Assembly: GCA_023920165.1 (NCBI GenBank) | Contig: CP089280.1 | Coordinates: 620,001-684,000, forward strand | Reading direction: 5' to 3' | DNA from: Curvularia clavata | Lineage: Eukaryota | DNA length: 64,000 bases | Program-made: the position numbers and the translations under genes | In this document: in pieces, positions 26,140 to 39,081 of the stretch | How positions within the stretch are numbered: the first letter of the stretch is position 1 | How the letters are laid out: the number at the start of each line of letters is the position of its first letter | The notes under the pieces: model-generated | What the model saw: only the letters and a program-made list of their open reading frames with translations | Database searches by the model: none | What the model was told of the DNA's origin: nothing

Positions 26140-28388
26140 TCAGGACTGCTTCTGTTGTGCCGCCTTCTCCAATCTTTCCACCTCCTCGTCAATCCGCTTG
26201 AAGCTCCAGTTCTTGTAAAATGGTGGGTACAAGAAGGGCCTCAGGTCAAAGCGATTGTCATCTGGCGAGTAAGCCTCGGCATGGTAGCTGGGAGTCATGG
26301 TCGTCATCTTGTGGCGATTGATGGCGTAGTAGTGGAAGAACCGCTTGACCTTTTCAGCAACTTGCCGAGGCGTGTACTCGTCAGACCACTCATGTGAAAG
26401 GCGAAGCCAGGTGCCGTAGGGACCGAGTTTCATCTCCTTGCGGCATTTTCCAAAGACCCCGAGTTCTTTATAGGTCATTCCCATGTCTACCTCGTCGCTT
26501 TGTGCATAGCCTTCGGTCAGAGGTTCAAGCTCGGCTGTTGGCGTCGCATCCAGGAACTCGCCAAGAATGGGAAGCTCGAACTCCTTTTGCGCGTAGGCAA
26601 TGAAACGTTTAAGATCAGTCTTGGAAATTGAGCCGATTGGATTGAGATCTGCACTGCTGCAATCATACTTGGTGAGATAGCCACGGAGACACTCGTCGAC
26701 ATTTCCTGAAGCTAGGACAAGGAGACTGCCGCCATTGGGCCTCTCTCGAGCGATAGGCAGCATTTGCGCAAAGTAGTAAGAAGACACGAGCCTCGTTCGG
26801 GCTTGGATATTCTGCAGTGCAAGATTCTCTGCAGGCTGGCCGCCATGGGCCCTGAAGCGTGGTGTGAAACCAGTGGCTTTTGTCAGTAGATTCTTCTGGG
26901 TCTCATAGATGTCGTCAATGTCCGCTTCGAGGTGATAACATCCAATGTTCTCAGCCAGCCTCTTGGCACGACTTCTTGTCTCTTTGCTGGACTGCTGCGA
27001 CATTCCCATGAAGACGGTGTGGAGTATGCCATTGCATATTTGTTGTGGGTTTTCTGGCAGCCAGCCCTCAGGGTGGTAGGGGCCTACAATGCGACGAACA
27101 TCGGCAATGACTTGTTCATTCCCATCCAGCACAGCCTGGTAGACCAACCGACACATTGAGAAGACCAGAGTTGCTGTGGCACAGCTGTCGATGCCGCCAC
27201 TCAAAGGCAACATGAAGCCAGCCTGACCTGATCGGCGTAGATAATCCCACATCCAACATGCAGGACCCAGGGCAATCTCTTCTTCGGGAATGTGAAAGCG
27301 CGGCGCTTGAGCTGGGGTGGGTCGGTGGTCAGGGTCGAAGTCTCCGGTCGAAGATGAGAGCCGCAGGTTCGCACGGAACTGCTCGTATCGCGGAGCTGAC
27401 ACTGCTTGCAGGCCTCGAGAGGGCGCGGTGCGGTAGGACCAGATTTCTTCGAGGTCAATGGTGGCAGTGATGACCTCGACATCTTGCAGGGAGAACTGTG
27501 ATCCCTGTGCGCGGATGGAGCCATTGACAAGAATCATGGCGCAGCCGTCATAGTATAGACGATCACCGTCACAGCCTTGTTGGTTGGCGTACAGGTAGCC
27601 GCCGCCACATTTGGCCGTCGCTTCTCGGATCAAGTCAATGCGAGTGTCGAGCTTTCGGAGTTCATGGTGGGAGCCGGAGCTGTTGATGATGATGTCGCAT
27701 CCTGCCAGAGATAGGGCAATGTGTGGACTCATGGGGGTAAAGAGTTCCTCGCACGTCTCATATCCCAGCTTGCAGTCCAAGGCACTGATGATGCCGTCAC
27801 CGAAGGGCACGAAGTGGCTCTCTTGCAATGCCAAGGCTTCTTGGGGGAGTTCGAGCAGCTCATACTTTTCGACCTGCTGGGGTCGGTTCCAGGGGATAAA
27901 GTAGCGGCCTTCACGATAGTTGCCGCCCGAGGCCAGGCTCATCTTTGGGCGGATCAAGAGAATCTGGCCAGACAGGATGATGATGCGGGCATTGTACAGG
28001 TTCCCGGCCTGGCGCACGGGCATGCCGACATCGATGATGATGTCGTCGAGCGAGCGGTCAAGCAGCAGGAGGCCCAGCTGCTCCCAGCTGTGGCGGATGC
28101 TGTCCTGCTCGAGAAAGTGGTCAAGCAGGCCATAGCCGCAGATCTCCAGCTCGGACCCGGCGCGGTAGGTGCAGCCCTGCTCTGGACGGGGATCAGCAGG
28201 CGGGCCGGGGGCAGGGCGGGGGCATACCTTTAGCAATACGGATGCTCTGCTTGATGCGCTCCAAGTTGCCCTCCCAATCCAACTGACCGTGTTAGCGCGG
28301 CCGTGGATGGCGACTACGGCTGGGGGATCACGGGACGTACGGCCCATTGGTTCAGCGAGCAGGTGGCGAGCTTCACGAGGCGGCCCAT
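26140..28388 (-). CDS. QNS1: Glutamine-dependent NAD+ synthetase
   Basis: MGRLVKLATCSLNQWA | LDWEGN.. | ..ELEICGYG (two 5' introns); nitrilase-fold residues in RPK and TCEELF, SGSHHELRKL; synthetase motifs LSGGIDS, LQNIQAR, YLTKYDCSSAD, PTAELEP. Confidence 0.97.
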
Positions 28389-28725
28389 GGTGGGATCAGC
28401 AGCGGGGCGTGGATAGGCGGTGGCTGAGGGTATCGTGTAGTGTATGTATGTACAACGGGATGGAAGAGGTAAGCGGGATGAGGCTGTTGTTGGAGGGGTC
28501 GAGGGGCACAACAGGGTGGGGCAAGCACGGAGGCAAGGCGAGGAAGGTGCATCTCAGGGTCCACAGCACGGAACGCTGATTGACCACTCCTCAGCGGTGC
28601 ATCGCGCCCAACGGCCCAAACTGCAGCCCGCGTCTGCTAGCGTCCAACTGCGTGGCTGGCCGCACATGGGTCCAAGAGGCTGTTCTCCACAAAAACCTCT
28701 CGCTCTCTCCTACACGCCCGCCCCA

Positions 28726-31700
28726 ATGTCGGATTCCTACGACCAGGCCCTTGGCCGATCCCAGGCCCGCAGGCGTAGGCGAATTGACCATGGCGAGCTG
28801 GCCAAGGAGCGCGAAAAGGCCTTTTACCGGTTTGTCACGCTCCCACCGCCCCGGACCGCCGCCTACACGACCGGGCGAGACTCAGTCAAGTGAATGAATT
28901 GGTGCTGATACAGTCCATGGCCAGCTACTATCCCCGCCCCGGCTTCCAGCGCCCTCCTACCGACGGGCCTGCCAGCAGCCGCCACTCGTCGCCGTCGCCG
29001 TCGCCCGCCTCGCATTCGCAGACACCCCCGAGCACCCCTCCCCCCTCGCTCGACTATGTTCCAAAGGCCTCCGACGATAAGGCCTTGACGGCCTTTGCCC
29101 AGCTCGGAGCCTTGCGCCTGAACGCCCGCCGCTGCCTTATCTCCTTCTTCGACCGCAAGGACTGCTTCCTCCTCGCTGAAGCCACCAAGACGCTGTCATT
29201 GGACACTGGCGAGGCCGAGTTTGACGACGACCGCCTATGCTTTGGCACCACCATATTCCCCAAGGAGCAGAGCCTGTGCAACTACACCGTCAATCTCGCC
29301 CCAAAATACACGACGCTGCCTCTGGACGACCCGAGCGACCTCCCCTCACTCGTTGTCAATGACCTGAGCCAAGATCCGCGGTTTTGCGACTTTCCCTTCG
29401 TCAAGGGCCCGCCCTACTCGCGTTTCTATGCCGGCGTCCCGATCCGCAGTCCTACGGGCCACAGCATCGGCACCTACTGCGTCCTCGACGAGAAGCCGCG
29501 CGATGGAGTGACGCCTCACCAGCTTGCTTTTCTGAAGAGCATGGCAGGTACCGTCATGCGTCATCTCGAGAGGACGAGGGCAGCCGAAGACCACCGCAGG
29601 GCCAAGATCATGGTCAAGAGTTTGGGCTCCTTTGCTGAGGGCAAGAGCGGACTGGAGAATTGGGCTCAGGATCCCTGGGACAACGATCAATCTGAATCTT
29701 GGTCGGACCAGCCAGATGCTATCGCTTCCCAGCGGCAGCGCCCTTCTGCAACTACGCCTACGGAACAAGAGCCACCTGCGCTTAATGGGCACAGTCACAT
29801 GGATTTCCAACCCGTTGGTCCGTTGAACGAGAAAGCACCGCCTGCCCAGCCACTGCCACACACGCCGAGCTCACCTACAACTAAGCTTACCGCTACCTTG
29901 GAGCCTAGCCAAATGGTTGAGCCCGTCCGTCCAGACATGACCACCACAACGTCATCCGCTTCAACAAAGGGCCTAGCAAACCTTGAACAGAAGGACAGGG
30001 CAGCCCCAGAGCTCAGAGCTCACTTCACTCGTGCAGCCAACATGATTGTGGATTCGACAGAGGCAGAGGGTGTTGCTTTTTTCGATGCCAAGATCAGTAC
30101 CTTTGGCGGTCTGGTTGACGATGACTTCGATCCGGATCAACTTCCCGAACCGGACAAGCCGTGCGACATTCTCGGCGCTGCCCTGTGTAAGACCGATCGC
30201 GATACCAAACCTTTTTCAAACACGGGCGAATGTATCTCGGAGAGTGTGTTGCGACACCTTCTTCGACTCTATCCACACGGTCAGATTTTCCACCTCGATC
30301 ATGATTCCGCTACCCCTTCAATCAACTCCCCTTCGACTGGTTTGGACGAGTTTGAGTCTTCTGATGGGTTCCCATTCGGCACCCCTCGCAAAGCCGAGTC
30401 CTCTAGAAGTTTAGATGATGAGGCGTACCTGAGAAGAGTCTTTCCTACTGCACGAAGCCTAATCTTGTACCCCCTGTGGGACCCGCACCGCGAACGATGG
30501 TTTGCGACTGCCGTCATATGGAGCTCCGAGCCCAAGAGAATCTTTACAACAGAGCAAGAGCTCAGCTACTTAGCGGCGTTCAGCAACTTTGTCATGGCCG
30601 AGGTTGCTCGTCTCGACACAAAGTTAGCCGATGCTGCAAAGGCCGATTTCATCTCGTCCATCAGTCACGAACTTCGTTCTCCTTTGGTATGCGTCTAGCC
30701 GTGGAAAAGAAACCTCTGTAGTAGCCAAGCTAATTACTATCTCCAGCACGGTATACTTGGAATGACAGATCTTCTGAAGGACTCTTCTCTCGACGGCCAG
30801 CAGGTGTCCCACGTCGCAACAATCGAGACCTGTGGTAAAACATTGTTGGAGACCATCAATCATGTATGCTTGACCCTCCCAAAAGTATATCTCAATGCTA
30901 ACCGCCATCCGAGGTCCTCGATTTTGCAAAGATCAACAACCTGACGCGCGGTGTCTCAAAACGACAGAAGAAACGCACTCAGAGCGCCAAGCACATCATC
31001 AGTCCTGGCCGGGCTCATACCAACGACATCATGACACTCATTAATGATGTCGATATGAGCATACTGACAGAAGACGTCGTCGAGAGCGTATTTGCTGGCT
31101 ACACATATGCAAAGACATCTGCTCAGACATACGAACTCAGCACATCCAAGGCAAACAATCGGCCCATCTCCATCATTCTCGACATCAACCATAGCGACAA
31201 TTACGTCTTCCGCACTCAACCCGGTGCTTGGCGACGTGTGATTATGAACCTGTTTGGAAACAGCCTCAAGTACACCCCTGGTGGCTACATCAAAGTAAAG
31301 CTTGAAGTGAAGCGAAAGCCTGAGCATGAAGACGAGACTTGTGAATTTAGGTTCTCGGTTACAGACTCTGGCATTGGCATGTCGGAGGATTACATCAACA
31401 ATAGGCTCTTCCATTCTTTTGCCCAGGAAAACCCATTGAGCCAGGGTACTGGCTTGGGTCTTTCAATTGTCAAGCAAATTGTCGAGTCTCTTGGAGGAGA
31501 GGTGGAAGTGCGAAGTGAGAAGGATCGGGGTACCAAATTCTCAGTCACATGTCCGCTGAAGGAGTCACGAATGTCCCCAAGCTTCGGTGCCACTGTCCCA
31601 GAGACTGAGAAAGATACAAACTTGCTGGAAGTTTCCAAGCGCACCAAGGGCTTAAAAGTGCGCTTTGATGGTTTCAATGAAGCAGAGGAGTATTTCGTCA

Positions 31701-32842
31701 AAGACCTTAAGAACAAGAACGCTTCAAAACTGTGTCTCAAGGCATTGGTCAGTCTCTGTGCTGATTGGTTTGGCATGGAGCGCTTCGAGGAAGGCGGCGA
31801 CACTTTGCAACCAGACATGATTATTGCTACTGAGAACTGCGCAAAAGAGCTGCGCACCCAATACAGCCAGTCCCCCAGCAAGATTGCTGCAACCCCAGTC
31901 ATTGTCGTGTGTCAGGGTGCAGCAGCCGCACAATCAACTACAGCCATCACTGTCCCGGGCATCATCTTCGAATGTATCAGCCAACCAGTAGGCCCACACA
32001 AGATGGCAAAAGCGCTCTCATCCTGTCTCAGTCGACACGCCAAACAAATCGCCACGCAAAAAACCACCAGCGACCCGGTCCTTTCCCGAGTTACCGAACT
32101 TCACCTCAGAGATGACGCTCCTCCTAAATATTCTGATCGGCTGCACATTCCAGGGCCCCTTCGGCCACCGCTTACCAGCGCCAGTAGTGCTCCTGAGATA
32201 CGTTCGGCTAATTGTAGTCCTATAAAGCCGTCCAAGTATGCAAAGCCAAGTCGGGCCCTACGATGTCTTTGCGTCGATGACAACCCCATCAATCTTCGTC
32301 TCCTCCGAACCTTTGTCGACAAACTCGGCCACGAGCACAGTCTTGCCACACACGGTCAGGAGGCTCTGGAAGCCTACAAAACTGCCTGCAACGAAGAAGA
32401 GTCTCGCTTTGACGTTGTGCTCATGGATATCAACATGCCTGTCATGGACGGGCTTGAAGCAACCCGTCAAATCCGTGCCCATGAAATTCGATCCAATCTC
32501 CCCAAGGTTACCATCATCGCGCTCACTGGCGTCGCCGATGCTGATATACAACAAGAAGCAAATTCCAGTGGCATCAATCTCTTCCTCATTAAGCCAGTGC
32601 GCCTGGCTGACCTCGAAGTCATTCTCAAGGGCGTTGTTACCGGACAGGACAAGGCGAATCTGGAACTAGAGGCCGAGAAGGAGAGACTCAAGCTTGCCGA
32701 GGCCAACGCAATTCTCAACATGGATAGTACAAACGAGAAGACGAGGAGTGTCAATGTGGGCATGGCAGTCGGCAAAGGCCAAGAAGAAACGCAGAAGTTG
32801 ACCAAGGCACACGAGCATAGCAAGAGCGTATCCATCGGTTGA
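28726..32842 (+). CDS. GAF-containing hybrid histidine kinase (GAF-HisKA-HATPase-receiver)
   Basis: N-terminal REKAFYR|YYP, GAF (FYAGVPI..IGTYCVLDEKPR), SHELRSPL|HGILG, N-box NLFGNSLKYT, DSGIGM, GTGLGLSI, receiver DDNPIN..LMDINMP..KP; introns ~28830-28924, ~30687-30746, ~30864-30913. Confidence 0.93.
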
Positions 32843-34146
32843 TAAGAGGGACGCGGTACGAAACGAGTATAGCACTTCAACGCATGGGAATCTCTAGGTA
32901 CTCGATACTGGCCCTTGCTGCATAGAACGCAGTGTGGCCTCATTTACCCTTTGCGGATTCAGCACTTGGCGCATTCACTGCACAACATGCCCACCCACCT
33001 CAATGCATTTTCGCATTCAGTCCTGCACTCGGAAGAGGAAAGCACTCAACGACGCCTACGACCCAAGCAGAAGAACTTCATAATGAGCGAGCAAGGAAAG
33101 GGCCTAAAAGGAAAGCATTGCTCCACCAGTTGCCTAGTCATGAGAGCGGGAGACAAGACCAGCATAACCCTATTTCTCCGGTTGTCTCCCCTCATTTCTT
33201 GCTTTTGCTTTCCCAAGTTCTCCTCTTTCCCTTCTGCATGTTCTTTCATGTTTTTTTTTCTCTCTACATCATAGACACCCCCGGTATCACTACCACTCTT
33301 ATTTTCTAAAAGAGCACGGCATTTTGGTCGTCACGCATATGTGCATGCATGCGTATATGCAGCCCATGGAAAACCATGGAAAGCACAAAAGCTAAAACCA
33401 GTAAAAAAAATTTAGAAGTCTAAGATAGCACTCTCCCTCTTTCTCAAAGGGGTGAGGGGGCTGCGAAAGAAAAGGACTCATGACAGTACAATGATGAGGT
33501 ATGAATGGCATGATTCAACTTATATTTCTGATCTTTTGCACGTATGCATGGTTTCCTTGCTCTTCCTCCTTCTTGCTCCCTTGTGGTTTTCCCCTCACTT
33601 CTTCTCTCCTAGAAGAAAACCACGCCACAGCGACACAAGACGAGTGAATGAAGCCCGTGGGCAGGGAAGAGGAGTACTTGTGCACGCATGTCGTTTTTTT
33701 CTTTCTCATTCTTCCTCTGGTGTTTATACCCTTTCATCTATCTGCTTGTCCATTCTTCATCGCGCAAGGCATTCCGCATGCATGGCGTTTCTGCAAGCAA
33801 TTTTGTTTCTTGGCTGATCAGATTTCTCTCTCGCGCACGCTTAGTGTTGATGAGTATTCGCTACGTGAGTCTGGTTAAGAGTTCTCTGAGAGCAGGGTGA
33901 GGAGGAAATAGGGATGGAGAGGTGCAACTTGGTTTGAGTGGTATGGAGATCTGAGGTTGCAAATATGCGGTTCTTTGAATGTATATAGTTACGAAATCGA
34001 ACAATGTATGCATGATAAAAGGAATAATGCAAATTGATCGTGCGAAGTGACATTGGCTGATTACGGGTATTGTGTCGTTGTGTGTAAGAGAAGGGTGCTT
34101 ATGAATGCGTTCATCCAACGTCGATAAGTAAACACGATTTAGAATA

Positions 34147-34292
34147 ACCTCCTCCCCCACGCAGCGATAGGAACAACAGATACTTTGACTTTGTGCCAGT
34201 TTCATACTTTCTCTAGAGCGTGGTCGAGGTGAAGAATCTTACTGCATCATTAATAGCTAATTCTCTACGTATCTCCTAGTCTGTGTCCAAAA
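34147..34292 (+). repeat. Left inverted repeat
   Basis: Core 34166-34193 GATAGGAACAACAGATACTTTGACTTTG matches the reverse complement of 39181-39208 at 27/28; ungapped similarity continues inward (CTTTCTCTA, AAGAATC and ATTCTCTA blocks). Confidence 0.85.
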
Positions 34293-34589
34293 CTTTACAT
34301 CAAATGCATTGCTGTATTGCTACATTTGCGCTGAACGTCTATCAACTATGTGGCACAACATCAGCAACAACCAAGCAATCTTAGCTTCTTACTTGCTAAA
34401 AATTATTGTTACATTATCTTCGCTTGTGTACTCCCACGTACCCCTTAGACATAGCTCGGCGCAAACACCTCTAGCGCTTCGCATACCTCTTGCACTAAGT
34501 AGCTTAGTATTAGAGGAGATAATAGTTGTTGATAAAGTATAGTTAAAGTCTGTAGATTTAAGATAGTAAGAAGAAATACAGTTATGATA

Positions 34590-37500
34590 TCACGTGCTAT
34601 AGCTATCAAATCTACTCTGCATACAAGCTAATACATGCTCAGACGCCTGTCGAAATGGATGAGTAGCTGCCATTGTTGTCCGTTGTACCTTGACCACATG
34701 CTCTAGCAGCTCTACCGCCTCTTCTATCTGCCCATTAGCATAATACGCACGAGCAAGCTCGTGCTGCGATGCCAGCCGAGAAGGGTGAGTCTCTGCCAGC
34801 GTAGTCTCCCACATCTTGACAACGTGCTCTAGCAGCTCTACCGCCTCTTCTGTCTGCCTATTAGCACTATACGCACGAGCAAGGGCGTGCTGTGATGCCA
34901 GCTGGTCTGGATGAGTTTCTACCAGCGTAGTCTTCTCAATCTTAACAACGTGCTCTAGCAGCTCTATTGCCTTCTTAGTCTGCCTAGTAGCACTATACGC
35001 ACTAGCAAGGGCGTGCTGTGATGCCAGCCGGTCTGGGTGCGTCTCTGCCAGCGTAGTCTTATGCACCTTGACGACGTGCTCTAGCAGCTCTATCGCCTCC
35101 TTGGTCTGCCCATTAGCACTATACGCATTAGCAAGGGCGTGCTCCGATGCCAGCCGGTTTGGGTGAGTCTCTGCCAGCGTAGTCTCCTCAACCTTAACGA
35201 CGTGCTCTAGCAGTTCTATCGCCTCATTCGTCTGCCCATTAGCATTATACGCACTAGCAAGCTCGTACTGCGATATCAGCCGGTTTTGGTGAGTCTCTGC
35301 CAGCGTAGTCTCCTCAACCTTAACGACGTGCTCTAGCAGTTCTATCGCCTCATTCGTCTGCCCATTAGCATTATACGCACTAGCAAGCTCGTACTGCGAT
35401 ATCAGCCGGTTTTGGTGAGTCTCTGCCAGCGTAGTCTCCTCAACCTTAACGACGTGCTCTAGCAGTTCTATCGCCTCATTCGTCTGCCCATTAGCATTAT
35501 ACGCACTAGCAAGCTCGTACTGCGATATCAGCCGGTTTTGGTGAGTCTCTGCCAGCGTAGTCTCCTCAACCTTAACGACGTGCTCTAGCAGTTCTATCGC
35601 CTCATTCGTCTGCCCATTAGTGTTATACGCACTAGCAAGGGCGTGCTCCGATGCCAGCCGGTTTGGGTGAGTCTCTGCCAGCGTAGTCTCCCACACCTTG
35701 ACGACGTGCTCTAGCAGTTCTACCGCCTGTCTAACATGGCCCACGTATTCTAGATTTCTTGCTGTAAGATCCCATATCCGCATGTATTCTCGTGTCGGAT
35801 CTAACGGAGTAATTCCAAGAACCTTGAAGATGCCCTTTAGTAATGACTCTAGCTTCTTGTCTTCCCTCATCCTGTTCAACGCCTGTCCACACTCTAGCAA
35901 GATAGGCAGTATCTTCCTCGGCGGGCCAAATAAAAAGATCTCTTCAACACTGGGCAACAGAAACGACTGTAGATGCGGCCGCAGCTGCCTCTCGTATATC
36001 TGCCACGTCATTGACTCACTAAATGATAGTGCAAAAATGCATCCTGCGGTCACCCACGCTGCTTGCTGCTGCTTCTGATCTAGCCTGTCTTTTGCCCACG
36101 CGTGCGCTAGTGGATGCATCGACAGTCCGTCTAGGTCGTCTAAGCGGTATCTTGTCACCAGAGAGAGCGATATAAGCAGAGCGCAGGCTCTGTTGAGCCG
36201 GTAGTCGTCCCACTCGTCTGCTTGTTGGTCAATGAACTCTGGCAGCTGAGACACGTGCCATAGTCCAAGAGTGCCCATCTCGTCAGCCTGGCCGTCTTGG
36301 GTCTCAACCACATCTCGAGCAGCTTTCCACGCCTCTAGAAAGACGTCGAGTGGCAGCACACTTGAGTGTAGCATAGAAAGAACCCTAAGCAAGTCAAGCG
36401 CGTCTTGGCCTACCTCGTCCTCAGAATCGGCCAGGACCCCAACAGACGCTTCGAACGTTGCGTAAATATGTCGATACCGTGATTGTTGCTGCGTAGGATA
36501 GTGCTTAAGTAGTCGCTTACGCAGCCGTTTGTACTTCTCCGCGTACTGGTCTAGCCGACAGTATCCTTCTGCAATATACGCCCCCGCCTGAATCAGCGCA
36601 AGCGTGTGTGACCCTAGTAGCTGCACGATAGCCTTTGCCTGCTCTCTGCGAGCCTGCCAAACCTCTTGTGGCACTCGAGCGGCCTTGAGCAAAAGCTGTA
36701 TCGAATCCTCTTCTTCTAGACCTTCGAGCGCTTCTGGAGGCAGCGTGCTATACTGGCTGCACTCAGGCACACGCGATGTCATGATCACTGTGCCTTGCGC
36801 CCCAGACGGAACGTATGTTGAATAGTTGAACGTTGGGTTGTCAGCGTTGTCTAGGATCAGCAGCCAGCAGTCAGGCGTATTGGCGAGCGCGTGGAGTGAT
36901 TCCTCAACGCTCTCTTCAGACGACCCGAGCGCCTTTGCGATAGCCAAGAAGCCGCTTTTGGCTGTTGATGGACTGTCGACGTCTACCCAGAACACACCCC
37001 AGAAGCTATTCGCTGTTAGCAAACACGATTATATCCAGCACAGCGAAGCTGCAACGCACTCTTCTCGCACTAGACTCGCCACCCTGAGGCATACCTCGCT
37101 CTTGCCTATGCCGCCTATGCCCGTGATGACTAGTCGCTTCTGCTTAGGTGTGCCTGGCTCGTTGTTGCGCAATGCGCTCTGGATCCGAGGAACAAGCTCT
37201 GATCGCCCAGTGAATAGATTATTAACTAGACGAGGTACTATCCAGTGTACGTTTTTGGCTACATATAGTTTAGCACTAGTACACGTAATAGTCAATAGAC
37301 AATACCTACGCGTATAACGTTGTGCAATACAGCGTTCAGCATACTTCTATGTAAGTTTAGCAGGTTTACTGCACCACAAGCGCAAAATAACACGTACGTT
37401 GATAACTCCTGCAAATGACCGCTCTGCTCTATCTATACAGCGTTAGCACTAGCTTGCTCTACATATTAGGCAAAGTCTTCAATGTACACACTCTGCTTCT

Positions 37501-38639
37501 GCTGTAGATTCACAACACAGTCCCGCACCCGAAACTTCTGCGCCTGGTGTTGTAGATACTCGCCCGTCACCGCTTCTATCCTACCCTGCTCCTTATACTC
37601 GGCGAGCCTGACCTCCTGCAGCCCCTGGTCAACGTTAAAGCGGAAGTATCGCTTCTCATCGTAGTGCTTCGCCCATCGCGCAATAAACTTTCTCTCTGTC
37701 TCCTCTGTCTCGGTCGCAATCCCAACTAGGCTCTTCGATAGGAACTTGGCTATATTGTCCTCTAGCGCCTTCTTACCTGGGTGGCCTGTGCCGATAGAGA
37801 TGAAGCACTTGACTAGCGGCTTCAGTTCGCCTGTATTAGGATTCCAGATATTGGCCGCCTCGCCTTCTACCTCGTCAACAGGGTTATTAGCGCCCAGCGC
37901 GCCGTCCACAAAGTGTCGCGCCCCAATCGAGACAGGGTCGAAGAAGCCCGTCGCCGCCGACGTCGCAAGGGCTGCCTGGCAGATAGTCATAGGTATCTCG
38001 CCTTCGTCAGCCAGCGTATAGCTTCTTAGGCGTGTGACCCCGGTAGTCTCTGTTGCCGTCGCACAGACGAACCTTATGCTGTGTTAGTGGGAAGCCATGC
38101 ACCTGCGCACCTAGGTAGTATACTTACGTGTGACACCCACGCTTCTTACCATCGTTGAAGGCATCTGCTGGGGAGGCATCCGTCTTAGAGATTACATGTT
38201 CGATAGCACTCTTCAGCTTCGCTGAGTCAAACCGCGCCTTCACTTTGCCGCTCCAGCCAACAGGAAGCCAGCTAGACTTCTCCTCAAACACCGTCTTCAT
38301 TAGTTCGCTATACGCTGCGATGCATGCATCTACGTTCATTTCTAGCCGGCCTAGCATGATAGCAATAAGTCTGTCACGTCAGTCGCGTCTGGCCGGCATA
38401 CAGTCTTCTACCTACCCGCCTGTACTCGTGCCGCCGATAAGATCAAACACCTCGCACGGCTTCACGTTAGGAAGACCGGCATTCTGACGTTCGTGGTTGA
38501 GTCGGGTCATCAGGCCTTTCAGGATGTACAGTGTCGACAGGCCGCGCACGCCGCCGCCGTCGAGGGACAGCAGACACAGGCCGGTGGTGTTGAGCGGGTT
38601 AGGCTCGCCGCCGTGCTGGGTCGTGACGCTCTGCGCCAT
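34590..38639 (-). CDS. Fungal NLR: patatin-like phospholipase, NB-ARC and TPR repeats (1244 aa predicted, 7 exons)
   Basis: Exons 38639-38416, 38370-38128, 38072-37492, 37432-37398, 37346-37310, 37258-37060 and 37005-34590 join in frame (3735 nt). Patatin DGGGVRG, GTSTG, DGA; Walker A GIGGIGKS; Walker B LLILDNAD; SMHPLAH; 42-aa TPRs. Confidence 0.9.
34593..35708 (-). repeat. 126-bp tandem array encoding 42-aa TPR units (8 full plus 1 partial)
   Basis: Unit consensus HVVKxxxTTLAETHxxRLxSxxxLAxAYxANGQTxEAIELLE; units 2-4 (35582-35205) are identical at the DNA level. Confidence 0.97.
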
Positions 38640-38752
38640 GGCGGTGTCTTACGGCGAGATGAGCTTGTTGGTAGTGGAGCGTGTCAAGTCAGATCAACGG
38701 CGGATGCATAGCGAGTGTCCATGGTGGGCGAGGGGCCTTTCTGTAGGTTAGT

Positions 38753-38788
38753 AACAAGGCTGGCAACAAGGCTGGCAACAAGGCTGGC
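38753..38788 (+). repeat. 12-bp tandem repeat (AACAAGGCTGGC)x3 upstream of the NLR start
   Basis: Read directly: aacaaggctggc aacaaggctggc aacaaggctggc. Confidence 0.9.
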
Positions 38789-39081
38789 GGCTGAGCTGCG
38801 GACTGGGCTGCAGGCCAAGAGGTATAGGATGTAGGCCATGCAGCAGGCAGCACAAATGGCACTCCGCCAGTAGTGCTGCGAAGCGCCGAGGCGTGCAGAC
38901 TAAATTTGTAACGACCGTGTGTTAGCTTCAGGCATTGCCGCATCTACCCTACTCTAAGGGGCTTTATTTCGCTAACTAAAGAAAGGTTCAGAACAAATTG
39001 TGGGAACGGCTGGGGGCGAGTGGGCGCGTCTGGGGCAGCCCTGCTGGCGGGGCACGCTCTGCGGCTTGTAATGCGATGTTC

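Noticed and set aside
32900..34100. Pyrimidine-rich tracts and short palindromes (CATGCATG, CCATGG x2) downstream of the kinase
   Set aside because: Consistent with low-complexity 3' UTR/intergenic DNA; no defined RNA structure is supportable.
34300..34589. TpA-rich stretch inside the left TIR as a transposase remnant
   Set aside because: No recognisable DDE or HTH motif in any frame by eye; it would need de-RIP plus a translated search.
34593..35708. Regular repeat array resembling CRISPR
   Set aside because: The units are contiguous 126-bp coding repeats with no unique spacers, in a eukaryotic gene with no cas genes.
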